From: Pseudomonadota bacterium
GTDB taxonomy: Bacteria > Campylobacterota > Campylobacteria > Campylobacterales > Sulfurimonadaceae
Assembly: GCA_043797085.1 (NCBI GenBank)
Contig: JAZDQA010000004.1
Span: 64,001-128,000, forward strand
DNA length: 64,000 nucleotides
Direction: 5' to 3'
The first letter of the stretch is position 1. Each line of letters begins with the position of its first letter. Made by a program: the position numbers and the translations under genes. The notes below the pieces were generated by a model. That model had not been told where the DNA came from. It worked only from the letters and a program-made list of their open reading frames with translations, and searched no databases. Shown piece by piece: positions 52,783-63,763 of this stretch.

Positions 52783-52796
52783 TTGATGTAAGTCAA
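52783..52796 (-). promoter_or_regulatory. Crp/Fnr-type box upstream of the nitrite/sulfite reductase
   Basis: TTGAT-GTAA-GTCAA, 22 nt from TAAAAT (52760-55, minus strand). Confidence 0.8.
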
Positions 52797-52900
52797 TAAT
52801 GTCGAATTAGAAAGTAGGGAATAAAAATATGACAAGCAGAAAACAGTATAATCATAAAAGTAGGAGTTATTCATCTGAATTTTTTAAATGGAGGTTTGGT

Positions 52901-53881
52901 TTGAGATATTTATTTATATTTTTACTTTCTATATTGCCATTGTATTCTCAAATATTTTCTGTCGCAATTGACAATGATTATCTGTTTGCTTCAGATGATC
53001 ATTATACGGGCGGAATGCAAGTGGGGTGGATTTCAGACACCTATGATGATAATATTTCAAATTTATATGTTTCATCTATGAAGGATATGGTCTCATTTTT
53101 AAAGATAGCTGATTTTGAGGGGAAACATCAAAATGGATCTATCAACCTTCAGGAAATAATCATAACACCTAGAAATCTTTCTGAGGATAAACCCCTCTAT
53201 AATGATGTACCTTACGCAGGTGTTCTGTTGGCGAATTTTTCATATTTTTTATGGGAAACATCAATATTTGAGGAGTATAAAATCTCATTAGGAGCAGTTG
53301 GTTCCTATTCCGGCGCACAAGAATTACAACATGCTGTTCATAAGATTATTGATAATACAGACGCAAAGGGATGGGATAATCAAATCGCAGACAAGGTGCT
53401 TCTGCAAGCAGGGTATATAAAAGGTATTCGGCAATATGAAAAGAGCTTCTCTGGCGGAATGGGTTTTGACTGGTTCAATAACTACTTTTTTGATTTAGGC
53501 ACTGTTTATACGGGAGCAGGGTTCGGGAGTATTGTTCGTTATGGATACAATATGCCGAAAAGTTTTCCTCAAACGGGCAGTTTGCTAAACAGTTCACAAA
53601 ATGACCAGTTAAACCTCGATACGTATGATAAAAACTGGGGCTGGAGTTTAAATGCAGGTGTTGCGGTGGATGGTGTCGGATATTCATATCTCTATGAAGA
53701 AGCAAAACGGCGTGGGTATGAGTTCGATCGTTTTCGGATTATTCCCAGAGGGCAGCTTGGTATCGATTTTTATAAAAGAGATTTACATCTCTCTGTAGAG
53801 CTTTTTCCTTTTGGTCCGACAACAAGCAGTTTTAGATCGAATAGTTTTGGACGCATAGCGTTGACGTGGCAGATCAAATAA
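52901..53881 (+). CDS. Lipid A 3'-O-deacylase LpxR family outer-membrane protein
   Basis: DND...DDHYTGG, TP, DVPYAG, QHAVH, GWDNQI motifs; TTG start after GGAGG; TATAAT at 52847. Confidence 0.8.
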   Translation: MRYLFIFLLSILPLYSQIFSVAIDNDYLFASDDHYTGGMQVGWISDTYDDNISNLYVSSMKDMVSFLKIADFEGKHQNGSINLQEIIITPRNLSEDKPLYNDVPYAGVLLANFSYFLWETSIFEEYKISLGAVGSYSGAQELQHAVHKIIDNTDAKGWDNQIADKVLLQAGYIKGIRQYEKSFSGGMGFDWFNNYFFDLGTVYTGAGFGSIVRYGYNMPKSFPQTGSLLNSSQNDQLNLDTYDKNWGWSLNAGVAVDGVGYSYLYEEAKRRGYEFDRFRIIPRGQLGIDFYKRDLHLSVELFPFGPTTSSFRSNSFGRIALTWQIK

Positions 53882-53892
53882 ATCATAAATGA

Positions 53893-54330
53893 CTACTTTT
53901 TTAAAAGCGAAGGAGCTGCAACTCCCAATGCGATAGCGGCTAAAATAAAGCCTGTTTTAGCGGCATAAAAAGTTGCCTGAGCCAAAAGCTCATACGAAGG
54001 AACCGGTGCGGAAACAAAATCGAGTAATGCAATAATAGTTTTAAATGCAAAAATCCCGGGAACCATCGGGATAACAGATGCAATGGTGATGATTTGATGC
54101 GGCTCTTTATAAATATTCGCAAAAACTTTTCCGATTGAACCGATAACTATCGCACCAAGCAAGGTGGCTAACTCAACACCGATACCGCTTTGTACCAGCA
54201 TACTTTTTACGGCAAAGCCGATTATCGCGGTGATGGCTACAAAAATGAGAAATCTTTTGGGTACGTTAAAGATAACGGCGAATCCCAGTGCCGCCAATGC
54301 TGCGAACAATGCTTCATAGGGAATAATCAT
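53893..54330 (-). CDS. ThrE/YjjB-family exporter small subunit
   Basis: FAVIFNVP, IPMVPG, AIALG motifs. Confidence 0.85.
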   Translation of the reverse strand: MIIPYEALFAALAALGFAVIFNVPKRFLIFVAITAIIGFAVKSMLVQSGIGVELATLLGAIVIGSIGKVFANIYKEPHQIITIASVIPMVPGIFAFKTIIALLDFVSAPVPSYELLAQATFYAAKTGFILAAIALGVAAPSLLKK

Positions 54331-55106
54331 ACGATGCTTCCTAGTAGTTTTAATCCAAGTGCAATGCCAAAAACGATTGCAAACGAGATCAAAAGTCCAT
54401 GAAGACCTCTCGCTAGTCCACTTAGATAATGTCCTTTTATGATGTCCTCAAACGTGTTTATAAGTTGTACTCCGGGTACTAGAAACAATACCGAAGAAGC
54501 CAATGCAATGTTCGTGTCCTCCAACACGCCAAGAGATGAAAAAAGTCCAACACAGACTGTAGCCAGAAGAGATGCCAGGGTTATACTCAGGAGAGGATTG
54601 AACTCTTTAGCGTCTAATGTTTTTCTGAGTGACGCAGCCAAGAATGTAGCGATAAAAGCTGTTGCAAATTCTGCTGTCGTTCCTTTAAAAAGTGCTGCAA
54701 ATGAGGCACAAGCGAGAGCAGCTGCAAAAACCTTTTGATACCCGGTAAATTGCTGATTTTGCGAGATTAGGTTTTTCGTCTGCTTTAATACATCCACAGG
54801 ACTGCACGCAGAACATACATTTTTTGTCAGCTTATAAATCTCGGACAGTCTTTGCATATCGGGTTTAAGCGTCCCTATGTGGACCATTTTGGTACGAAAT
54901 TCATTCCCGCTGACCAGTGTCATGGCAATGGTCTGCGGTAAAACAGAGAGATTGACTTTATCGCAGCCAAACGTCTGTACAAGTCTGGAAAGTGTCTCTT
55001 CTACAATACATATTTCAGCCCCGGATTCCAGCATCGTCTTGCCTACTAGAAGTGAAGCATCGGCGATTTGTTTGAGTTCTTCAATGCTCAGCTCTTTTTT
55101 TCCCAT
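54327..55106 (-). CDS. ThrE/YjjP-family exporter large subunit
   Basis: ESGAE, VEET, LFLVPG, G-YLSG motifs; ATGA overlap with the partner gene. Confidence 0.85.
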   Translation of the reverse strand: MGKKELSIEELKQIADASLLVGKTMLESGAEICIVEETLSRLVQTFGCDKVNLSVLPQTIAMTLVSGNEFRTKMVHIGTLKPDMQRLSEIYKLTKNVCSACSPVDVLKQTKNLISQNQQFTGYQKVFAAALACASFAALFKGTTAEFATAFIATFLAASLRKTLDAKEFNPLLSITLASLLATVCVGLFSSLGVLEDTNIALASSVLFLVPGVQLINTFEDIIKGHYLSGLARGLHGLLISFAIVFGIALGLKLLGSIV

Positions 55107-55144
55107 ACAACTACCTTTGGCTTTCAATCAAATACAACCATAGT

Positions 55145-56518
55145 TTACAGCTGCATTGCTAAGTTGACGTTTTCGGCAGCTTTTACGAGAGGATACGATG
55201 TTGGCGCGGAAGTCAGCAGTGGCTGGGTTGCGATTTGCAGGGACAGAAGCGAAAAGACCGTCATCTTAGATTCGATCACCAAACCGATGAGATTGATCAT
55301 CTCTCCACTCTCCACTCCTCCGATGATTTGCCCGCCGATAATCTGACCGCTGTGACGCATAGCGACGAGTTTAACCGATTGTTTCGTTGCGCCCGGAATC
55401 GAAGCAGGGTGACGATTCATCCCCTGAAATGTTCCGGTGACAATATCAATACAGGCACATTTTGCCTGATCTTCCGTCAATCCGGCAGATGAGAATACGG
55501 TATCACCAATAACGGTCGAAAAGATCGCAATCGTGCCATTAAAGCCTTTTAGATACTCAAGCTTATAAAGCGAATTTCCAGCCGTACGACCTTCCGCTGC
55601 TGAAGTGGAGGCGAGCATCACTTTAGAAGGTTCACGGGTGATGAACTCGCGTCTAGCAGCACAGTCACCGACCGCAAAAATATCCTTGTTCGCCGTGCGC
55701 ATATACTCATCGACCCAAATACCGCCGTATCGTGCCAGCTTCAATCCTGCATCATGAGCCAAAGATGTGTTGGGTTTGTAGCCCGTTGCAAGAATGATCA
55801 CTTCTGAGTCAATCACTCTGCCACTGCACAGTTGAACACCCGTAGCTCGTTCGCCATTGTCTACGATGGTATCGACATAATCTCCCATCTCGAGAGCGAT
55901 TCCTGCATTACGAATAATGGCTTCCGCTTCGTGTGCAAGTTCTACGTCAAAAGCGGCTTTAAGGACTTGGGTGCTTCCCCCGATAATGGTCACTTTTTTA
56001 CCGGACAAGGCGAGTTCCATCCCCATTTCGATTCCGATGAATCCACTCCCTACAATGGTGATCGTCTGCTTATCTTCGATATACGTTTTGAGCTCATCAA
56101 TCAGGATTTTATTTTTAGGGATTGTAAAAACCCCCTTTAAATGGGTGGCACTTTCAAGGGCGGAATGGACAAAAGGTGTTGAACCTGTTGCAAATATCAA
56201 TTTATCAAAGGTAATCGCATGATGATCGCTGTAGGCAGTTTTTTCTTTTATATCTACTTTTTCGACTTTTGCGATGAGTCCTTTGATCCCCATCTTCATC
56301 CCTTGCTCGCAGGAGGAAATATTTTTTTCACTGCTTCCCAGCGTCGGTCCGAAAATATAAGGGATAGCGCAAGGGACGAGTTGTTGCTCATATTCGCGAA
56401 TGACTAAAATTTCTTTGTCAGGATAGTTGTTTTTTGCGGTCATTGCTGCAACACCGCCTGCAGGACCCCCGCCTATAATCAGGACATCGCACGTTATCGT
56501 TTCTAATTTTAGTTCCAT
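55145..56518 (-). CDS. FAD-dependent pyridine nucleotide-disulfide oxidoreductase (NADH oxidase/CoA-disulfide reductase family)
   Basis: GGGPAG, single redox Cys PCAIPY, ATGS, GSGFIGIE, FAVGDC, dimerisation domain. Confidence 0.85.
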   Translation of the reverse strand: MELKLETITCDVLIIGGGPAGGVAAMTAKNNYPDKEILVIREYEQQLVPCAIPYIFGPTLGSSEKNISSCEQGMKMGIKGLIAKVEKVDIKEKTAYSDHHAITFDKLIFATGSTPFVHSALESATHLKGVFTIPKNKILIDELKTYIEDKQTITIVGSGFIGIEMGMELALSGKKVTIIGGSTQVLKAAFDVELAHEAEAIIRNAGIALEMGDYVDTIVDNGERATGVQLCSGRVIDSEVIILATGYKPNTSLAHDAGLKLARYGGIWVDEYMRTANKDIFAVGDCAARREFITREPSKVMLASTSAAEGRTAGNSLYKLEYLKGFNGTIAIFSTVIGDTVFSSAGLTEDQAKCACIDIVTGTFQGMNRHPASIPGATKQSVKLVAMRHSGQIIGGQIIGGVESGEMINLIGLVIESKMTVFSLLSLQIATQPLLTSAPTSYPLVKAAENVNLAMQL

Positions 56519-58344
56519 AGTGTCTCTTTTTTTAAAAGTTGTCGATTTTTTTTGGATACCGTGTGCATGTCATGGAGAATGCGTTTGAGAACATCGATTG
56601 TATCAATCGCAAACGCTCCCTTGTTGAGCATCACACACTCTGCACGCCCTGCCATCGCTGCGTCGGTCACTTCGGCACGACTGGGAAGATTGTTTTTCAT
56701 CTTACTTTCCAACACCTGTGTTGCCCAAATAACAGGTAAATGAGCCGCATCACAAATATCGAGCAGGGCTTCTTGAATATACGCCATATTCTCAAACCCA
56801 ACCTCGATAGCCAAATCCCCGCGAGCGATCATGACACCGCTTTTTTCCCACGTAAGGAGTTGTTTGATGATTTCAGGTGTATTGGTGATTGCCTGTCGGG
56901 TTTCTATTTTGGCAATTATACCGACATCGGTGCGATTGTTTTTGGCAAGAAGCATTTGAAGATCACGTATATCCGCACTGCTTTGGCAAAAGGAGAGACT
57001 CAGACTATCGGCAAAATCGAGAACTGCAAGGGCATTGGCATTGTCGACTTCGGTTAGTGCCGAAATTTGAATATTGGTATCCGGAAAATTAATCCCTTTT
57101 TCTTCTTTTAGCAAAGTCCCTCCCGCTTTTGAAATATCAACACGGCAGAGTATCGCGTCACCTTGATTCTCGATAACACTTAAGCCTATTTTTCCATCAT
57201 CTATGAAAACTTTTTCCCCCGCTTGGATCGTGCGGATTATCCCTTTGACGGTACAGCTGATAAGGGCTGGAATCAAATTTTTGTTTTCATCCAGCTGTGC
57301 AGATTTCCCTTCGATCTCCTTTTCGGTGATGGTGAGATGATCCCCGATAAAAAGGCGTATAGGATCTTTTTGATTTTGAATATTGTGTACCTTACCCTCA
57401 TGGCCGTCGCATCTGAGTTTGGTTTTTTTATCGATAAAAACTTTTTTATTAATGGTTCCCCGTGCATATGTTTCATCGATATGACTCAACAAAATGATCG
57501 CTTTTTTCTGGTTCACATCAACGATTTTTATGGACTTATTAAGCCTGAGTTTTTTGAAAAATTTTCCATCGACTGCTATTTGAGCGGAAATCTTTTCCAT
57601 TGTGACTTCATCAGTACATTCTCTCTTTGTAGCAGCATCGCCGTGATAAATGAAAATTTCTTTTTCTTGTTTATTGCTTCCGATTTCAAGAGGGATTTCA
57701 ACGTCACTTATTTTTCCGGTTCTAATTTTTGGACCGGCGAGATCGACAAAAATTTTGATTTTTTCAGATGCCTGAAGATGCTCATTGATTGAGATGATCA
57801 CATCCGACATTGCTTTCCATACCTGAATCGAATCATGTGCCGTATTGATTCGAAATACACTCACTCCAGCTTCTGCGAGTTGATGGATTAAAAGACCGTT
57901 GTTTTCTGCCGCATTGGAGGGAAGGGTTACCATTACGGTGGTAATTTGGTGACTGAGCTTGGAGCTTGCTTTTCCTCCAAAAATGGCTTTACTGTTTTTT
58001 GACGCGATTGTAATCGCCTCTGTGATTGAAAGATGATGAAATTCTGCCATGAGCTCTGGGCTGATTTGTTCACGTCCCAGTGAACTGCTAAGTTGATCAT
58101 AAAGGCTATCAACGCTTGCGGCGACATGGGCAAACGATCTCCCAAGTGAGGAAAGTGAGAGCGAAAAAAGTTTTTCTTGCAGTTGGGTTTGATCTTTTTT
58201 TCGTAAGAGCATATACTGATTTAGATTCAATAAGCTCTGTGACCTTGGGTACTCACTGTTCACTTCATCGCGTGCTGCCAGTAGATATTTTCGGAGGATT
58301 TCGATATCTCCGAGTGCAGATTCCATCACAAATTGATCCAGCAT
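56509..58344 (-). CDS. pyk: Atypical long pyruvate kinase
   Basis: RINTAHD, DLAGPKIR, KGIN, AKIE, ARGDL, ATQVLES, PSRAEVTD; N-terminal extension, no C-terminal effector domain; start MLDQF after AAGGAG. Confidence 0.85.
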   Translation of the reverse strand: MLDQFVMESALGDIEILRKYLLAARDEVNSEYPRSQSLLNLNQYMLLRKKDQTQLQEKLFSLSLSSLGRSFAHVAASVDSLYDQLSSSLGREQISPELMAEFHHLSITEAITIASKNSKAIFGGKASSKLSHQITTVMVTLPSNAAENNGLLIHQLAEAGVSVFRINTAHDSIQVWKAMSDVIISINEHLQASEKIKIFVDLAGPKIRTGKISDVEIPLEIGSNKQEKEIFIYHGDAATKRECTDEVTMEKISAQIAVDGKFFKKLRLNKSIKIVDVNQKKAIILLSHIDETYARGTINKKVFIDKKTKLRCDGHEGKVHNIQNQKDPIRLFIGDHLTITEKEIEGKSAQLDENKNLIPALISCTVKGIIRTIQAGEKVFIDDGKIGLSVIENQGDAILCRVDISKAGGTLLKEEKGINFPDTNIQISALTEVDNANALAVLDFADSLSLSFCQSSADIRDLQMLLAKNNRTDVGIIAKIETRQAITNTPEIIKQLLTWEKSGVMIARGDLAIEVGFENMAYIQEALLDICDAAHLPVIWATQVLESKMKNNLPSRAEVTDAAMAGRAECVMLNKGAFAIDTIDVLKRILHDMHTVSKKNRQLLKKETLWN

Positions 58345-58464
58345 AGTCGCTCCTTGGTATGGCCTTGCACCATTGACTATCATAATTATGGATGAAAACG
58401 ATTACATGGCGATTACTCTATGCCGTAAATCGTAACCAGATTCGAACACGGTTCTAGTTTGGTA

Positions 58465-58878
58465 TTATAATTTAGTCTCTTGATCTTGCAATAGTGAAGC
58501 CAATGTCGTAACGGTAAGCATCTCTTCGATCATCGCTTTTGGTGGGGCCCATTGACCGTGCAAAGCGCAAGGGTTGGACGCATCACATTTTTCAAATCCC
58601 AAAATACATCGATCCGATTCGAGAGGTTCGCCAATCGCTTCCAATATGTCAGATAAATGGATGAAATCGGCAGCTTTTGCCAAGCTAATTCCACCTTCAC
58701 GACCACGAGAGGAGTTTACTAACCCTTTTTTGACGAGATCGGTCACCATTTTAGTAAGGTATTTATAGGGTAGATTTAATGCTTGATGAAGTTCGTTAAC
58801 CGAATGAGTGGTTTCATTATGGCGATGAAGGTAGGTAAGGACGCGAATGGCGTATTCGGCGGTTTTTGAAAAATGCAT
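58465..58878 (-). CDS. Rrf2 family Fe-S transcriptional regulator
   Basis: EYAIR, SSRGREGG wing, C-x5-C-x5-C-x2-H ligand set; own TTGTATAAT promoter near 58900-58908. Confidence 0.9.
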   Translation of the reverse strand: MHFSKTAEYAIRVLTYLHRHNETTHSVNELHQALNLPYKYLTKMVTDLVKKGLVNSSRGREGGISLAKAADFIHLSDILEAIGEPLESDRCILGFEKCDASNPCALHGQWAPPKAMIEEMLTVTTLASLLQDQETKL

Positions 58879-58934
58879 CTATTATCCTTCTTTAGCAGTA
58901 TTATACAATTTTTTAGGCGTTGAGGATGAGCAGA

Positions 58935-59198
58935 TTAGGGTGTAGTGAGGGGTAAATAATACGCCACCGCGATCAAAAAGAGAATAAGTATTAACCAAAG
59001 CGTTGGTATGACTCGGTATTTAAACTGAACTTCTTTTAAACCCATAAAATAATCACTTATCAATTGCCCTTTTAACAATGTGCTTAGTAATAAAATACCC
59101 ACCAAAAGCGTATTGATTAGTTTTAAATATCCTAATAAAAAAGCAAAAAGAGACAATACTATTAAAATAATCCAAATACGTTCTGCAATCTTTTTCAT
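58935..59198 (-). CDS. norF: NorF / cytochrome oxidase subunit IV-like membrane protein
   Basis: Three TM helices, KGQLISDYFMGLK motif; follows norE. Confidence 0.7.
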   Translation of the reverse strand: MKKIAERIWIILIVLSLFAFLLGYLKLINTLLVGILLLSTLLKGQLISDYFMGLKEVQFKYRVIPTLWLILILFLIAVAYYLPLTTP

Positions 59199-59209
59199 TG
59201 TCACCATTC

Positions 59210-59809
59210 CTACCGCAGGATATAAACTAAAGGGAAAAGGACAATCCACAGTAAATCCACTAAATGCCAATAAAGTGCGCCTGTTTCAAGCCCTCTGCAA
59301 TTCTCAGGACTGTAGCCATGAATTTTTGTTTTTCGGTAAAGATTGAATAAAATAATGACACCCAAAGAGACGTGCATAAAATGAAACATCGTTAACAGCA
59401 GATAAAACATAAAAAATGTATTGGTACTGAGGGTAATTCCCTGCGCAAAGAAATGAGAAAACTCAGTGAACTTTAAAACGAGAAACAGAATCCCTAAAAG
59501 CATCGCAGCTAAAAGCCATTTTGAAGCAATGATACTTGATTCATAAGCATTGCTTTGAGCCATGTTTTTGATTTTTTGAACCGCTTTGACGATAAAAAAA
59601 CTGCTTGTAATTAAAATAAGTGTATTTATAAATCCGATACTTTGGTTGAGTAAAAGTTGAGAATCATTAAACATTTGCAGATTGACTCTACGTGAAAAAG
59701 CGTATCCTGTAAACAATAACCCAAACGTCAGTAACTCCACGTAGACGATGATCCAAATGGCAAAATCACCCGGTGGATAGGGCTCTTTTTGTGAAAGAAT
59801 TTTAGACAT
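59210..59809 (-). CDS. norE: NorE, cytochrome c oxidase subunit III-like protein
   Basis: NTLILITSS, FHFMHV and YWHLVDLLW motifs within the nor cluster. Confidence 0.85.
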   Translation of the reverse strand: MSKILSQKEPYPPGDFAIWIIVYVELLTFGLLFTGYAFSRRVNLQMFNDSQLLLNQSIGFINTLILITSSFFIVKAVQKIKNMAQSNAYESSIIASKWLLAAMLLGILFLVLKFTEFSHFFAQGITLSTNTFFMFYLLLTMFHFMHVSLGVIILFNLYRKTKIHGYSPENCRGLETGALYWHLVDLLWIVLFPLVYILR

Positions 59810-60593
59810 GTAAGCTTTTGGTAAAATGGAGTGATATTAGCTTTTCAAGCACGTCTAGGACATCCTCTTCATCACTGAGCGATTCGACAATCGAATGCAT
59901 ACACGCTTGATAAGGGTCAAAACCTTTTGTGATTAATTTACCTGCATAAATGAGTAATCGTGTTGATACCGCTTCTTGAATATCGCTGTCGCTTAGTCGG
60001 CGGATTTCACCGGCTATATCGACAAGCTTTTGGGCTGTAGTACTTTCTACTCCACTTTCTTTAATAATGATTTCTTTTTCTATTTCAGGTTTTGGATAAT
60101 CAAAACTCAGTGAAATAAAGCGTTGTTTGGTACTGGGTTTCATCCCTTTTAATACATTCTGATACCCTGGATTGTACGATACTACGAGCATAAAATCAGG
60201 ATGGGCAGTGATGACTTCACCGGTACGATCAATCGGTAAAACTCGACGATAATCGGCAAGAGAATGTAGTACTACCGTCGTATCTTTTCGCGCTTCGATA
60301 ATCTCATCGAGATAGCAAATGCCCCCGTTACGCACCGCCTTTGTCAATGGTCCGTCTTGCCAATACGTGCCGTTTTCATCGATAAGGTGACGACCGACCA
60401 AATCGGCGGCACTGAGATCATCATGACAAACGACAGTATAAACATCGCGATCCAGCTCTTCCCCCATCGCTTCGACAAACCGTGTTTTTCCGCATCCTGT
60501 CGGTCCTTTGATTAATATAGGGAGGTTCATCCCCGCAGCCGCTTTGAAAAGCTCAACTTCGTTACCTTGGGGTAAATAGTACGTTTTTGACAT
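59802..60593 (-). CDS. norQ: NorQ/CbbQ/NirQ AAA+ ATPase
   Basis: GPTGCGKT, CHDD, DGPLT, LDE, SYNPGYQ, KPSTKQRF. Confidence 0.93.
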   Translation of the reverse strand: MSKTYYLPQGNEVELFKAAAGMNLPILIKGPTGCGKTRFVEAMGEELDRDVYTVVCHDDLSAADLVGRHLIDENGTYWQDGPLTKAVRNGGICYLDEIIEARKDTTVVLHSLADYRRVLPIDRTGEVITAHPDFMLVVSYNPGYQNVLKGMKPSTKQRFISLSFDYPKPEIEKEIIIKESGVESTTAQKLVDIAGEIRRLSDSDIQEAVSTRLLIYAGKLITKGFDPYQACMHSIVESLSDEEDVLDVLEKLISLHFTKSLHV

Positions 60594-60605
60594 AATGGTT
60601 CTCCT

Positions 60606-62371
60606 TTATTTGGTTAAATTCATATAGATTTCGGGTAAAACTTTTGGGAGTTTTTTGGCATCACGGATCACGGCGTATGAGTTTCTACCGAAAAGATAGG
60701 GGAGGTACTCTTTCGCATCGATATCGATCGTGATACAAAACGGAGTGATTCCCTTTTTCTTTACTTCTTCAATCGCTTTTTTCGTATCTTCGATCCCATA
60801 GCGCCCATCGTAGCGATCGACATCATTGGGTTTCCCGTCACTTAGAATCAGCAGGAGCTTATTGGCGCTTTGTTGTTTTTCTAAAATCTTGGCACTTTCG
60901 CGTATTCCAGCCCCCATGCGGGTGTAATACCCAGGTTTGATGGCATGAATACGTCCTCGAACGTTGTCACTGTAGGCTTCTTTAAAATTTTTGATGATGT
61001 GAAAGTTGACTTTGGTATTTTTGATCGATGAAAAGGTATAGATGGCAAATCGATCTTGAAGACGGTGCAGGGATTCGGAAAATACCATCAATGCATCTTG
61101 GATCATGTCGATGACACGTATCTCTTGCGTGATCCCAGCCTCCGTAGAGAGGGAAACATCCGCTAAAATCAATGTTGACATATCGCGCATCTTTCGCTCA
61201 AAGGTTTGAAAAAATCGCTGTGGATGGTTTGAACGATTTTGATGCCCTTTGTAATCGATCCACGACTCGATATTGATCTCATCGCCATAGGGGAGATTGT
61301 CTCTTTTGATCCGATCCAGTTCCATCAAATCAAGTTCACTTTGAATACGGCGCATCATTTTTTGCAGTCGTTTGGGTAATTCGATGGGCTGTGTGTGGAG
61401 CGAAATAATGGGTTTTATACAGACATAGTTTTTGAGATAGACCTCTTTTTTATAGTCCCACTCATCGATAAAATGCCCTTTGCCCAGAGGATATTCTTCA
61501 ACACTGTTAGCCGAAATATCCAAATCCATTTTGATTCGTGCAGAGAGATTAGCATCTTTTTGACCCAGCGTTATCTCTTCTAAATCTTCGGCATTGTAAA
61601 GAGCATCTTCATCAAAACTGTCATTTTCCTGCCGATCAACTCGCACTTGTTCCATCAGACTCATTATCGATTCAGGTAAAAAGAGCAGAAGTCCATCGGT
61701 CTCTTTTTTATCCTCGATTTGTTCGGTTTTTTTCTTCATCTGCAAGGTTTCACTCGTCCGAGGCTCGTCATTTTGTCGGAGAACTTCTTCTTCATCACCG
61801 CTATCTAGGAGTTTATTCGAAGTAGAGAGTGAGGGGTAAATCCATAATAGATTGGGATAATTATCTGCTGATGAGCCTTCGATGGAAGGTTCAATTGTGG
61901 ATAATTCAGGATAGTGTTCGCGTAAATAGTGATGTGCATACGTATAAAATTCATGAAATCCAATATACTTTTCGATGAGACCATTGAGTGCATTGGTATT
62001 TTCTTCAGTCCTGTTTTTACGTTTGATATTCACGTTTGCAAGCATGGCGATCAACCAATAATAGTGCATCTCATTGTGCGCTTTCAGGGGAAAATACGCC
62101 AAAGTTGCAGGAAGGTAAATTCCTTTCTCATCTTGCCATGCAAGGAAAAAAGTTTTACCGGTTCCTGAAAATTTTTCGAGCAGTGTTCGTGAGGTTTTAA
62201 TCGATCGTTTGTCGGTAACATGAAGTTCTTTACCCTTTTCACCTCCTAGGAGGTGATAAAAGATTTTTAACCCTTTGGCAATGTCCGTAAAAACAACCTC
62301 TTCTTCTTTAAAAAGACGAGATGCTTTTTTCGTGACATAATGATCCCAAAATTTACCGACTTTTTCATCCA

Positions 62372-62372
<1 letters not shown>
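60606..62372 (-). CDS. norD: Nitric oxide reductase activation protein (VWA domain)
   Basis: EWDY, DVSLST MIDAS, YYTRMG, SDGKPND, YGIEDT. Confidence 0.92.

Positions 62373-63763
<1,391 letters not shown>

Noticed and set aside
52214..57792. Long antisense ORFs (52214-52765, 57223-57792) and similar shadow ORFs elsewhere
   Set aside because: They lie antisense to well-supported genes and show no RBS or recognisable motifs
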